Position numbers and translations under genes: made by a program. The notes beneath the pieces were generated by a model that was not told the origin of the DNA, searched no databases, and worked only from the letters and a program-made list of their open reading frames with translations. From contig CAWANJ010000007.1 in NCBI GenBank assembly GCA_963783385.1, positions 258,792 through 322,791 on the forward strand: a stretch of 64,000 nt of DNA, read 5' to 3'. Of this stretch, positions 20,450-30,312 are shown piece after piece. The stretch comes from an uncultured Gemmatimonadales bacterium. GTDB taxonomy: Bacteria; Gemmatimonadota; Gemmatimonadetes; Palauibacterales; Palauibacteraceae. Position 1 is the stretch's first letter; each line of letters starts with the position of its first letter.

Positions 20450-21682
20450 CCTACGACTTCACGGTCGTGGGCGGCGGCATCGTGGGGCTGTCGACGGCCC
20501 TCGAGCTCACGCGCCGCTATCCGCGCGCGTCGACCCTCGTGCTCGAGAAGGAACCGGGGTGGGCGGCGCACCAGAGCGGGCACAACAGCGGGGTCATCCA
20601 CTCGGGCATCTACTATCCGCCCGGGAGCCTCAAGGCTCGCTTCTGCACCGAGGGCCGCCAGGCGACGATCGACTTCTGCGAGGAGCAGGGGATTCCCTGC
20701 GAGGTGTGCGGCAAGGTCATCGTGGCCACCCGGGAGGAGGAGCTCCCCCACCTGGCGGAGCTGGAGACCCGGGGCCGCGCCAACGGCCTCGAGGTCCGGG
20801 TGCTGGGACCCGAGGAGCTGCGCGAGGTCGAGCCGCACGTGCGGGGACTCCGCGCGCTCCACGTCCCCGCCTCCGGCATCGTGGACTACCGGCTGGTGGC
20901 GGCGGCGTTCGCGCGGATCGCCGGGGAGCGGGGCGCGGACCTGCGGACCGGCGCCGGCCTGCGCGTCGGTCCGCGTCATGCCGGACGGGCTGGCTCTGGA
21001 GACGGCGGCCGGGTCGTTCACCACGCGCTTCCTGGTCAACTGCGCCGGGCTGTACGCGGACCGCGTCGCCGCCATGTTGGGCGCGCGCCCGCCGGCCAGG
21101 ATCGTGCCCTTCCGGGGGGAGTACTTCGAGCTGGTCGAGGGGCGTCGGAGCCTGGTCCGGAACCTCATCTACCCGGTGCCGGACCCGGACCTCCCCTTCC
21201 TGGGCGTTCACTTCACGCGCTCGATCGACGGGGCGGTGCACGCCGGGCCGAACGCCGTGCTGGCCCTGAGCCGCGAGGGGTACGGGTGGGGTGACGTGAG
21301 CCTGAAGGACACGGCCGAGTCCCTGGCCTACCCGGGCTTCTGGAGGCTCGTCGCCCGGTTCCCGGCGGTGACGGCCATGGAGCTGCACCGGTCGCTCAGC
21401 AAGCGGCGCTTCGCGAAGAGCCTCCAGAGGCTCATCCCCGCGGTGCGGGCGGCGGACCTGGTGCCCGGCGGCTCCGGCGTGCGGGCGCAGGCCCTCACGC
21501 CGAAGGGCGAGCTGGTGCACGATTTCCTCATCGTGCCCGCCGAGCGCTCGATCCACGTGTGCAACGCCCCATCGCCGGCGGCCACGGCCGCCCTGCCCAT
21601 CGGGCGGTCGGTCGTGGACCGCATTCCCGAATCGTTCACTTCAGGGGCACGGAGCCGACACTCCGCGTCCGGGAGCGCCTGA
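20446..21682 (+). CDS. lhgO: L-2-hydroxyglutarate oxidase-like FAD oxidoreductase (one frameshift ~20960)
   Basis: GGGIVG, HQSGHNSGVIHSGIYY, then FRGEYF, IYPVPDP, FLGVHFT, GPNA, GVRAQA and NAPSPAAT across ORFs 20074-21294 and 20978-21682. Confidence 0.85.
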
Positions 21683-21683
21683 C

Positions 21684-22730
21684 ATGAAGGTCCTGGTGAC
21701 AGGAACGGAAGGATACATCGGAGCCGTCCTCACGCCCCTCCTCGCGGGGAGGGGACACCACGTGGACGGGCTGGACACGTGCTTCTATACCGGGGGCCTG
21801 CTCTATCCCCGGGAGGACGGGTTCGAGACGGCCCTGCGCAAGGACATACGGGAGATCGAGGCGGAAGACCTGGCCGGCTACGACGCCGTGGTCCACATGG
21901 CCGAGCTCTCCAACGATCCGCTCGGCCAGCTCAACCCCGAGGTGACCTACCGGATCAACCACGAGGGCAGCCTGCGCATGGCGCGGAAGTGCCTCGAGGC
22001 GGGCGTGCAGCGCTTCGTGTACACGTCCTCGTGCAGCGTATACGGCGTCGCCGAGAGCGACCTGGTGGACGAGACGTCCGAGCCCAACCCGCAGACGGCC
22101 TACGCGCGGTGCAAGGTGCTGGTCGAGCGCGACGTGGGAGCCATGGCGGGCGACGACTTCTCACCGACCTTCCTGCGCAACGCGACGGCGTTCGGGCCCT
22201 CGCCGCGCATGCGCTTCGACATCGTCCTCAACAACCTGGCCGGACTGGCGTGGACCACGGGCCAGATCAAGCTGATCAGCGACGGGACGCCGTGGCGTCC
22301 CCTCGTGCACGTCGAGGACATCGCCCGGGCCATCGCCTGCTCGATCGAGGCGCCGCGCGAGGCCGTGCACGGCAAGGTGTTCAACGTGGGCGACTCGGAG
22401 CAGAACTACCGGATCCGCGAAGTGGCGGAGATCGTGTCGGAGGCGTTGCCGGGCTGTCGCCTCACGATCGGCGAGAGCGACGGCGACAACCGCAGCTACC
22501 GGGTCTCCTTCGAGAAGATCAACGGCGAGCTACCGGGCTTCCGTTGCGAGAAGGACGCGCGCACGGGCGCCCGGGAGCTCATGGAGGTATTCGAGAGGAT
22601 CGACCTGTCGCGCGAGGTGTTCGAAGCGCCGCCCTTCACGCGGCTCAGGGAGCTCGAGAAGCTGCTGGCCGCGGGCGAGCTCGACGGGGAGCTCCTGTGG
22701 ACCGAGGCGAGGCCGGCCGTCGCCGGATGA
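21684..22730 (+). CDS. NAD-dependent nucleotide-sugar epimerase/dehydratase (extended SDR)
   Basis: TGTEGYIG, SSCSVYG, YARCK, LRNATAFG. Confidence 0.88.
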   Translation: MKVLVTGTEGYIGAVLTPLLAGRGHHVDGLDTCFYTGGLLYPREDGFETALRKDIREIEAEDLAGYDAVVHMAELSNDPLGQLNPEVTYRINHEGSLRMARKCLEAGVQRFVYTSSCSVYGVAESDLVDETSEPNPQTAYARCKVLVERDVGAMAGDDFSPTFLRNATAFGPSPRMRFDIVLNNLAGLAWTTGQIKLISDGTPWRPLVHVEDIARAIACSIEAPREAVHGKVFNVGDSEQNYRIREVAEIVSEALPGCRLTIGESDGDNRSYRVSFEKINGELPGFRCEKDARTGARELMEVFERIDLSREVFEAPPFTRLRELEKLLAAGELDGELLWTEARPAVAG

Positions 22731-23287
22731 TCTTCAGGGAGACCGCCATCGCCGGAGTCCGCGTCGTCGAGGTCGAGCGCCTGGAGGACGAGCGAGGCTT
22801 CTTCGGCCGGACGTGGTGCGCGCGGGAATTCGAGGAAGCCGGCCTCTCGCCCCGGTTGGCGCAGTGCAGCCTGTCGTTCAACCGGCGCCGCGGCACGCTC
22901 CGGGGGCTCCACTATCAGGCGGCCCCGCACCGGGAGGCCAAGCTGGTCCGCTGCACCATGGGCTCGATCCACGACGTGGTCGTGGACCTGCGGCGTGATT
23001 CTCCGACCTGCCTGGAGAACGTGACGATCCTCCTCAGCGCGGAGAACCGGAGGGCGATCTACGTGCCGGAGGGATGCGCACACGGGTTTCAGACGCTGGA
23101 GGACGACACCGAGGTGTTCTATCAGATGACGGAGTTCTACGAGCCGTCCGCCGGTCGCGGCGTGCGCTGGAACGACCCTGCCCTGGGCATCGCGTGGCCG
23201 CTGGAGCCGACGGTGATCTCGGAGCGGGACCGGACCTATCCACCACTGGGAAGCGGTGCCGGGCCGACCGGGGGAAGCCCGGCGTGA
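22727..23287 (+). CDS. rfbC: NDP-4-keto-6-deoxyhexose 3,5-epimerase (RmlC/RfbC cupin)
   Basis: DERGFF, GTLRGLHYQ, KLVRC, VDLR, PEGCAHGFQTL, WNDP (3' part of ORF 21779-23287); ATGA overlap. Confidence 0.9.
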   Translation: MIFRETAIAGVRVVEVERLEDERGFFGRTWCAREFEEAGLSPRLAQCSLSFNRRRGTLRGLHYQAAPHREAKLVRCTMGSIHDVVVDLRRDSPTCLENVTILLSAENRRAIYVPEGCAHGFQTLEDDTEVFYQMTEFYEPSAGRGVRWNDPALGIAWPLEPTVISERDRTYPPLGSGAGPTGGSPA

Positions 23288-24096
23288 GCGGCGTCGAGGG
23301 TGGCGGGAATCGGGCGGAGATCCTGGGCCTGGTGCCCGCCGCCGGGCTCGGGACGCGGGTGGCCTCGCTGCCCTGCAGCAAGGAGATCTTCCCCGTGGCG
23401 CTCGGACCGCGATCCGGCGGGGCGGGCCTGCGCGTGCGGGTGGCGTGCGACGACGTGCTCGAGGCCATGCGGCTGGCCGGCGTGGACCGGGTCTACATGG
23501 TCCTCCGGGACGGCAAGTGGGACATCCCGGCCTACCTGGGGGACGGCCGCGCGCGCGGCGTGCACCTGGCCTACCTGATGATGGGCGCGCCGTGGGGCGT
23601 GCCGTTCACCCTCGACCAGGCCTACCCGTTCGTCCGGGGGCGACGCGTGGTGTGCGGGTTCCCGGACATCCTGCTCCGGCCGACGGACGTGTTCACCCCA
23701 CTGCTGGATGCGATGGATGCGTCGGGGAGCGATGCGGTGCTGGCGCTGTTTCCGGCGGGAGATCCCGAGCTCGTGGACATGGTGGAGGTGGACGGCGAGG
23801 GCCGGATACGGCGGATCCAGGTCAAGCCCGGTCCCGAGCGGCTGACCCACACCTGGGGCGCGGCCGCCTGGGGCCCGGCCTTCACGGAGCTCCTGCACCG
23901 GTTCGCCCGCGAGACCGCATCCCGGGGGAGCGAAGCCCCAGCGGGGCCGGAGGAGCGGCACCTGGGTGACGTGATCCAGGTCGCCCTGGATGAAGGACTG
24001 AGCGTGGACGGCGTACCCTTCCCCGGCGGGGGGTACGTGGACGTCGGAGTGCCGGAGAACCTGCTGGACGCATTCGAGATCGGGGAGGGTGCCTGA
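23284..24096 (+). CDS. Sugar-phosphate nucleotidyltransferase (RmlA-like)
   Basis: GLVPAAGLGTRV..LPCSKE, GFPDIL, YVDVG; GTGA overlap. Confidence 0.78.
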   Translation: MSGVEGGGNRAEILGLVPAAGLGTRVASLPCSKEIFPVALGPRSGGAGLRVRVACDDVLEAMRLAGVDRVYMVLRDGKWDIPAYLGDGRARGVHLAYLMMGAPWGVPFTLDQAYPFVRGRRVVCGFPDILLRPTDVFTPLLDAMDASGSDAVLALFPAGDPELVDMVEVDGEGRIRRIQVKPGPERLTHTWGAAAWGPAFTELLHRFARETASRGSEAPAGPEERHLGDVIQVALDEGLSVDGVPFPGGGYVDVGVPENLLDAFEIGEGA

Positions 24097-24662
24097 TGCC
24101 GCGACCCACCATGACGCTTCCGAGACCGACGCGGGCCCGCCTGCGAGCCTTCTGGCTCACCGGCGACGGGCTGGTCGGGACGGCCCTCGAAGCGGGCGCG
24201 CTGCGTCTGGGACCGCACTGGGTCGCGATCGCCCTCCCGGTCGGGCTCGTGGTCACGGGCCTCACGGGCTGGTTCGATCCCGACCTCGTCCGGCCGGTCT
24301 ACGAACGCTGGAACGATCTGGCGCGCGTCGCCAGGCATGCCCTGCGGATCTGGATCCTCCTCCTCGCCTTCCAGGTGGTCCGCACCGTCGGCCGTACCGG
24401 GGCCGCGGACGGAGCGGACGGCACCCCACGGTCGGGATCGGGCTGGAGGCCACGCGAGACGACGGAGCGGCGGGCGTATCCCGCTCCTTCCCCCTTCCCG
24501 GCGTGGTCCGGGTCCAGGGGCTGGGCCGCCGAGCTGAGGGCGTGGGCACGCCGGTCGGGGAGACCCTGGGTCCTGGCGCTGGTTCCCTACCTGTGGCTCC
24601 TGAGGGCGCTCGGCGGCCGCTTCGGCGGAGGCCCCGCCGGCCACAACTACACGCTGTATTGA
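24096..24662 (+). CDS. Membrane protein, SxtJ-like N-part fused to SxtK/DUF5989-like C-part (ends HNYTLY), copy 1
   Basis: Hydrophobic segments; PDLVRPVYERW and SGWRPR resemble SxtJ; W..EL..W.RRSG..W..L.P and terminal YTL(aromatic) resemble SxtK FIYTLF. Recognised by eye, no HMM run. Confidence 0.6.
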   Translation: MPRPTMTLPRPTRARLRAFWLTGDGLVGTALEAGALRLGPHWVAIALPVGLVVTGLTGWFDPDLVRPVYERWNDLARVARHALRIWILLLAFQVVRTVGRTGAADGADGTPRSGSGWRPRETTERRAYPAPSPFPAWSGSRGWAAELRAWARRSGRPWVLALVPYLWLLRALGGRFGGGPAGHNYTLY

Positions 24663-24666
24663 GACC

Positions 24667-25853
24667 GTGACCGTACGGGCGAAGCGGCGATCGACGGCGA
24701 CGGGCGCGGTGTCCCACGGCGAAGCGGCCGTCGGGGAGACCGGGGCCGCCATCCTGGCCTTCGGGGCCTCCCTGGCGGGCCTGCTGCTGGCGCTGCCGGC
24801 GCTGCTGCTCACCGCACCCTTCTGGCTGGTTGGAACCCTGACCGAGTGGCTGGGGGAGGCGCTCGGCCGACGACCGCTCCCGTGGGATGCCCTCATCGAG
24901 TTCGACTCACGGGCAGGCTGGCGGCCCCGTCCCAACATGAGCACGTGGGCCGGCGACCTGAACCAGGACACCTTCCGCATCTCGACCGACGGCGACGGCT
25001 GGCGAGGTCGCGCCACGCTGGATTCGGCGCAGGTGGTGGTGTTCGGGGACTCCTTCGCGCAGGGCTTCGGGGTCGACGACCGCGACTTCTTCGCGGACCT
25101 GCCGACGAAGGTCGAGGTCAAGGCGGTCGGCTGCGCCGGCTACAACATGCTCCAGTCGCGGCGCTGGATGGAGGCCTACGCGGATCGTCTGCGCGGCAAG
25201 CTCGTCGTGTGGCTGCTCTACCTGGGCAACGACCTGGAGGACGACCTCAATCCGGCCGTGGGCCGCTACCGGCAGCCTTTCCTGCGCTCCTCGGACGGCG
25301 GCGTCACCTGGTCGGAAGTCGACGGGCACGTGAGTCCGGAGCCGTGGACGGCCTCCTCGCAGGAGGGCAGCAGGGCCGGCTACGTGGAGCTGTGCCGCGG
25401 CGGATTCCACGCGCGGCGCGCCCTGGCGGCGTTCGAGTCACGTGCTGGGCCGGGGGGCGGACGTGTGTTCGGCCGCGGGAGCGCGGCTCGTGCTGGTCAC
25501 CGTGCCGGAGCTTTCGCCGGTCGCGCGACGGGAGATCGAGGAGGCCGCTGGAGGAGGGCCGCCGCCGGGAGGCGTTCGACGAGGCGCGCCTGGAGCGGGA
25601 GGTCGCCCGAGTCTGCGGCGAGCGCGGCGTCCCGGTCGTGCATCTCCGCGACTACCTGGACGGCCGCGACTACCTGGAGCGGGACTACCACTGGAACCCG
25701 AACGGCCACCGGAAGGTGGCCGGCGTCCTGGAGGCGCTGCATCGGCGGTTCGCGCGAGGAAGGGCTCGCGTGCCGGTGTCCGTCCGCGGCCGTGGATCGC
25801 TGGATCTCGGGGCCGCGAGGGGCGCGGGGGCGGCGGCGGGGAGGAGCGGTTGA
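24667..25853 (+). CDS. Membrane-anchored SGNH/GDSL protein (AlgJ/AlgX-like), copy 1; two frameshifts ~25440 and ~25565
   Basis: N-terminal TM; FGDSF block I, GCAGY, YLGND block III, DYHWNPNGH block V across three frames. Confidence 0.8.
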
Positions 25854-26719
25854 TCCGAGAGGTCCGATCGAAGCGGCGAGCGATCCCCATGAGCCGACCG
25901 ACCCTGGTATTCCTGCACCTGCCCAAGACGGGGGGTTCCACGCTGGCTTCGATCATCCGGCGGTCGTACCACCCCAGGGAGCTCTATGAGGTGTACGGGG
26001 AGCCCCCGGATCCGGCCATCGAGGCCTTCGCCACCATGGCGCCCGAGCGGCGGGCCCACTACCGGGCCGTGATCGGCCACCTGAACCTGGGCCTCCGGGA
26101 CCTGGTCCCCGGGCCGGTCACCATGGTGACCATGCTTCGGCACCCGGTCGATCGCGCGCTCTCGACCTACTACTTCATCCGCGAGCGTTCCAGCCACCCG
26201 CTCAACCGGACCCTCACGGATCCCGACATGAGCCTGGCGCGGGCCCTGGAGAGAGGGTTGACGACCGAGTTCGACAACCTGCAGACGCGTGTCCTCTCGA
26301 CCGAGGGGATCGAGGACCCGGTGCCCTACGGCGCCTGCACGGCCGCCATGCTCGAGACGGCCCGGAGGAACCTGGAGGAGCGCTTCGCGGTCGTCGGGGT
26401 CACGGGCCGCTTCGACGAGACGCTCCTCCTGATGCAGGAGGCGGCGGGCTGGGAGGGCGTCTTCTACCAGCGCCGAAACGCCACCCGCGAGCGCCCGAGC
26501 TGCGGGGAGGTCCCGGAGGAGACCCGGGCGGCCATCCGGGAGCACAATCGTCTCGACCTGGCGCTGTTCGACTGGGTCACGGAGAGGCTCGAGCTCCGGA
26601 TCGAGGAGGGGGGACCGGCGTTCCGGGAGCGGCTGGAGTCGTTCCGCCGCCTCAACGCCGCCGGAGGCCCTCTGGGCCGAATGGGCGCCCGCGTGCGCGC
26701 CCTCATGGGAGGAAGCTGA
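25850..26719 (+). CDS. Sulfotransferase (Sulfotransfer_2-like)
   Basis: FLHLPKTGGST PAPS motif, LRHPVDRALSTY, NRLDLALF. Start is TTG at 25850 (GAGGAG) or ATG at 25889. Confidence 0.85.
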   Translation: MIREVRSKRRAIPMSRPTLVFLHLPKTGGSTLASIIRRSYHPRELYEVYGEPPDPAIEAFATMAPERRAHYRAVIGHLNLGLRDLVPGPVTMVTMLRHPVDRALSTYYFIRERSSHPLNRTLTDPDMSLARALERGLTTEFDNLQTRVLSTEGIEDPVPYGACTAAMLETARRNLEERFAVVGVTGRFDETLLLMQEAAGWEGVFYQRRNATRERPSCGEVPEETRAAIREHNRLDLALFDWVTERLELRIEEGGPAFRERLESFRRLNAAGGPLGRMGARVRALMGGS

Positions 26720-26722
26720 GAC

Positions 26723-28606
26723 ATGTCATCCGAGAACGGCAAGAGAGCCGGCGACGCGGTCTACATCCTGGGGATCTCCGCCCTGTTCCACGACTCGGCG
26801 GCGGCGCTGCTGCGGGACGGCCAGATCGTGGCGGCCGCCCAGGAGGAGCGCTTCACCCGCAAGAAGCAGGACGACGGGTTCCCGACGAAGGCGATCGAGT
26901 ACTGCCTGTCGTGGGCGGGCATCGGGCCGGCGGACCTGGACGTGGCGGTATTCTACGAGAAGCCTCTCGTCAAGTTCGAGCGGCTCCTCGAGACGCACCT
27001 GGCCGTCTCGCCCGAGGGGTTCGAGCCGTTCCGCCGGGCCCTCCCGGACTGGTCCGTCCGCAAGCTCGACCTGCCGAACCTGCTCCGGACCGAGCTGGGC
27101 AGCGCGTTCGGCGGCGAGGTGTGCTTCGCCGACCACCACGAGTCGCACGCGGCGAGCGCCTTCTTCCCCTCGCCCTACGAGGAGGCGGCTATCCTGACGC
27201 TGGACGCCGTCGGGGAGTGGTCCACGAGCTCGCTGGGCTACGGGAAGGGCAACCGGATCACGCTGACGCACGAGATGCGGTTCCCGCACTCGGTCGGCAT
27301 GCTCTACTCCGCGTTCACCTACTACACGGGCTTCAAGGTGAACTCGGGTGAGTACAAGCTCATGGGACTGGCCCCGTACGGTCGGCCGATCTACGCGGAC
27401 CTCATCCGCGACCGCCTCATCGACCTTCGCGACGACGGGTCGGTGTGGCTGGAGATGGAGTACTTCGACTTCTGCCGCGGCCTCACGATGACCTCGGAGA
27501 AGTTCCACGACCTGTTCGGCGGCCCGCCCCGCCGCCCCGAGGCCCCGATCACGCAGAAGGACATGGACCTGGCGGCCTCCATCCAGGCGGTCACGGAGGA
27601 AATCGTGCTGCGGGCCGCGAACCACGTGCATGAACTCACGGGTATGGACTACCTGGTGATGGCGGGCGGGGTGGCCTTGAACTGCGTCGCCAACGGCCGG
27701 CTCCTGCGCGAGGGTCCCTTCGAGGACGTGTGGGTGCAGCCGGCGGCGGGAGACGCGGGCGGGGCGTTGGGCGCCGCGCAGCTCGTCTGGCACCACTACA
27801 TGGACCGACCGCGAACCGCCGGACCCGGGGACAGCCAGCAGGGCTCCTTCCTGGGGCCCTCCTTCTCCAACGAGGACATCGGGCTGTTCCTGGACTCCGT
27901 GGGGGCGCGCTACGAGCGCATGGACGACGAGGACGCGCTCCTGGACCGGGTGGCGCGGATCCTGGACGAGGAGAAGGTCGTGGGCTGGTTCCAGGGACGC
28001 ATGGAGTACGGGCCCAGGGCGCTGGGTCACCGGAGCATCATCGGGGACGCGCGCTCGACCCGGATGCAGCAGACCATGAACCTGAAGATCAAGTTCCGCG
28101 AGTCCTTCCGGCCCTTCGCCCCGTGCGTCCTGCGCGACCACGTGCACGAGGTGTTCGAGATGCGCGAGGAGGAGGACAGCCCCTACATGCTGTTCGTGGC
28201 GCCCGTCCGCCAGGAGCTACGCGCGACGCTGGGCGAGGAGGAGCGGCGGAAGCTCGAGGACCCGGACCTCAGGGTCCGCGTCGCCGTGCCGCGCTCGATC
28301 TACCCGGCGATCACGCACGTGGACTACTCGGCCCGCGTGCAGACCGTGGACCCGGAGCGTCACGGACGCTACGCCCGGCTCATGCAGCGGTTCTACGAGC
28401 GGACGGGCTCCCCGGTCATCGTCAACACGAGCTTCAACATCCGGGGCGAGCCGATCGTGTGCGACCCGGAGGACGCGTTCCGGTGCTTCATGGCGACTCA
28501 CATGGACTGCCTGGTGCTCGAGAACTACCTCCTCCTCAAGGAGGACCAGCCCGCCGCCCTCTCGGAAGACACGGCGGCCTACCGGGATCAGTACGAACTC
28601 GACTGA
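26723..28606 (+). CDS. O-carbamoyltransferase (NodU/CmcH/TobZ/SxtI family)
   Basis: HDSAAAL, QEERFTRKK, HHESHAASAF, GEYKLMGLAPYG, GGVALNCVANG, EYGPRALGHRS, KFRESFRPFAP, NTSFN. Confidence 0.95.
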   Translation: MSSENGKRAGDAVYILGISALFHDSAAALLRDGQIVAAAQEERFTRKKQDDGFPTKAIEYCLSWAGIGPADLDVAVFYEKPLVKFERLLETHLAVSPEGFEPFRRALPDWSVRKLDLPNLLRTELGSAFGGEVCFADHHESHAASAFFPSPYEEAAILTLDAVGEWSTSSLGYGKGNRITLTHEMRFPHSVGMLYSAFTYYTGFKVNSGEYKLMGLAPYGRPIYADLIRDRLIDLRDDGSVWLEMEYFDFCRGLTMTSEKFHDLFGGPPRRPEAPITQKDMDLAASIQAVTEEIVLRAANHVHELTGMDYLVMAGGVALNCVANGRLLREGPFEDVWVQPAAGDAGGALGAAQLVWHHYMDRPRTAGPGDSQQGSFLGPSFSNEDIGLFLDSVGARYERMDDEDALLDRVARILDEEKVVGWFQGRMEYGPRALGHRSIIGDARSTRMQQTMNLKIKFRESFRPFAPCVLRDHVHEVFEMREEEDSPYMLFVAPVRQELRATLGEEERRKLEDPDLRVRVAVPRSIYPAITHVDYSARVQTVDPERHGRYARLMQRFYERTGSPVIVNTSFNIRGEPIVCDPEDAFRCFMATHMDCLVLENYLLLKEDQPAALSEDTAAYRDQYELD

Positions 28607-28613
28607 GAAGGCC

Positions 28614-29168
28614 ATGATCACACTGCCCGATCCTCCGTCCAGAGCCCTCGTGCGCGGAACCTGGCTCGTCCTGAGCCTCGGGGCCGGCGTGGCCACCGCC
28701 GTCATCCTGCTCGTGGCCGCAGCGCCGGCGTGGCCGCTGTGGGGTGCCGGCGTTCTGGCGACCCTTCTGGTGGCCGGTCGGGTTCGGCCGCGGCTCGGCC
28801 GGAGTGCCTATGGTGCCTGGCGGCGAGTGTGCGGTGGCGTGGGGCGCCGGGCGGGCTTCGTCCTCGAGCGGACCGCCTTCGCCATTCTCGCGATGGTGGG
28901 GTGGGCCGGCGGCGACGCGATGCGCCGGCCGGAGCCCGCGGCCTCGGGCTGGCGGCCGCGCTCCACGCTGGCGGTGGACGCCTATGCGAGCGCGGGGCCC
29001 GCGCCGACACCGAGCGTGGAGTCGGGCTGGGCGCGATCGCTGCTCTCCTGGGGACGGCGCTCCGGTCACGGGTGGGTGTGGGCCCTGATCCCCGTCCTGG
29101 CGCTCCAGCGCCTTATCCGGCCGTCCGTGCGGCGCTCGCTGGACGGTCGCAACTACACGCTCTATTGA
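28614..29168 (+). CDS. Membrane protein, SxtJ-SxtK-like fusion (ends RNYTLY), copy 2
   Basis: Paralog of 24096-24662: shares TLP, Y..W, SGWRPR, AY, GWA..L..W.RRSG..WV.AL.P and NYTLY-stop. Confidence 0.6.
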   Translation: MITLPDPPSRALVRGTWLVLSLGAGVATAVILLVAAAPAWPLWGAGVLATLLVAGRVRPRLGRSAYGAWRRVCGGVGRRAGFVLERTAFAILAMVGWAGGDAMRRPEPAASGWRPRSTLAVDAYASAGPAPTPSVESGWARSLLSWGRRSGHGWVWALIPVLALQRLIRPSVRRSLDGRNYTLY

Positions 29169-29169
29169 G

Positions 29170-30312
29170 ATGACCGAATCTTCGAGGGGCTGGAGAATGC
29201 CAGCGCGCCACGTTCTGGCCGGCGTGGCCGCGCTGGCCAGCCTGGTGGTCGTGATCCCGGTCGGCGCGCTGCTCCTGGCGCTGTGGACGGTATCGGCAGC
29301 GGCCCGCGGCCTCGCGCGTCTCACCACGCCCCGGACGGTCATGTGGGAGGAGCTCGTGACGTTCGAGCCCGACGTGGGATGGAAGCCCCGTCCCGGCCTG
29401 GACTGCCACGCGGAGGACCTGGCGGGCGACCCCTTCCATGTGGTCACGGACGCCTCGGGCTGGAGGGGCTCTGCGGGACTCGCGGACTCGGACCTGGTCG
29501 TGTTCGGGGACTCCTTCGTGTTCGGGTACGCGATGGACGACGAAGACCTCTACCTTCGCCACGCGGGGAAGGCCCGGGTGATGGCCATGGGCGCGCCGGG
29601 CTACAGCATGGTGCAGCCGGTCCTGTGGATGGAGAGGCTCGGAGATGGGCTGGCGGGCAAGCTCGTCGTGTGGATGGTGTACCTGGGCAACGACCTCTAC
29701 GACAGCCTGCGGCCCTCCACGGACGGCTATCGCTCCCCGGCCGTCCGCCTGGCGGAGGACGGGTCTGGCCCGGCGATCGTCACCCGGCACGTGCGGGAGG
29801 GGAGGATAGGCTTCCCGCGGAACCGGGGCGTGGAGGCGTACATCGAGATGTGCAGCGGAGGACTGCTGTCGAGTCGGGTGTTCGCCGCCGCGGAGTACCT
29901 GGTCGAGCGTGGACGGAATGCCTGCCGCGCCGCCGGGGCCGACCTGGTCATCGTGTCGATCCCGGAGCTGTCGGCGGCTCCGCGGTCGATCATCGAGCGC
30001 GAGCTGGCCCGGGATGACGTGGCGGAGCGCTTCGACGAGGAACTCCCCGACCGGACGCTGGCGGCCATCTGCGAGCGTGCCGGGGTGGGGTTCGTCCCGC
30101 TGGCCGACCACATGGGGCCGGAGCACTACCTGGAGGTCGACTGGCACTGGAACCGTGCCGGACATCGGCGCGTGGGTCTCGTGCTGGGGGACCTGCACGA
30201 GCGCTGGCTGGACGGGCGCCTGTCGACCGGCCCGGGCGGGGCGGCGGACGTGCCCTCCGAGCCGCCGCCGTCGTCGGACGCGCGTACCTCGACCGCCGCG
30301 AGGGAAGCGTGA
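29170..30312 (+). CDS. Membrane-anchored SGNH/GDSL protein (AlgJ/AlgX-like), copy 2
   Basis: TM anchor; GWKPRP, FGDSF, GAPGY, YLGND, DWHWNRAGH. Confidence 0.85.
   Translation: MTESSRGWRMPARHVLAGVAALASLVVVIPVGALLLALWTVSAAARGLARLTTPRTVMWEELVTFEPDVGWKPRPGLDCHAEDLAGDPFHVVTDASGWRGSAGLADSDLVVFGDSFVFGYAMDDEDLYLRHAGKARVMAMGAPGYSMVQPVLWMERLGDGLAGKLVVWMVYLGNDLYDSLRPSTDGYRSPAVRLAEDGSGPAIVTRHVREGRIGFPRNRGVEAYIEMCSGGLLSSRVFAAAEYLVERGRNACRAAGADLVIVSIPELSAAPRSIIERELARDDVAERFDEELPDRTLAAICERAGVGFVPLADHMGPEHYLEVDWHWNRAGHRRVGLVLGDLHERWLDGRLSTGPGGAADVPSEPPPSSDARTSTAAREA

Noticed and set aside
24096-30312. Saxitoxin biosynthesis because of sxtI/J/K/L-like genes
   Set aside because: No sxtA, sxtG, sxtB or other core genes are present; the context is purely polysaccharide.
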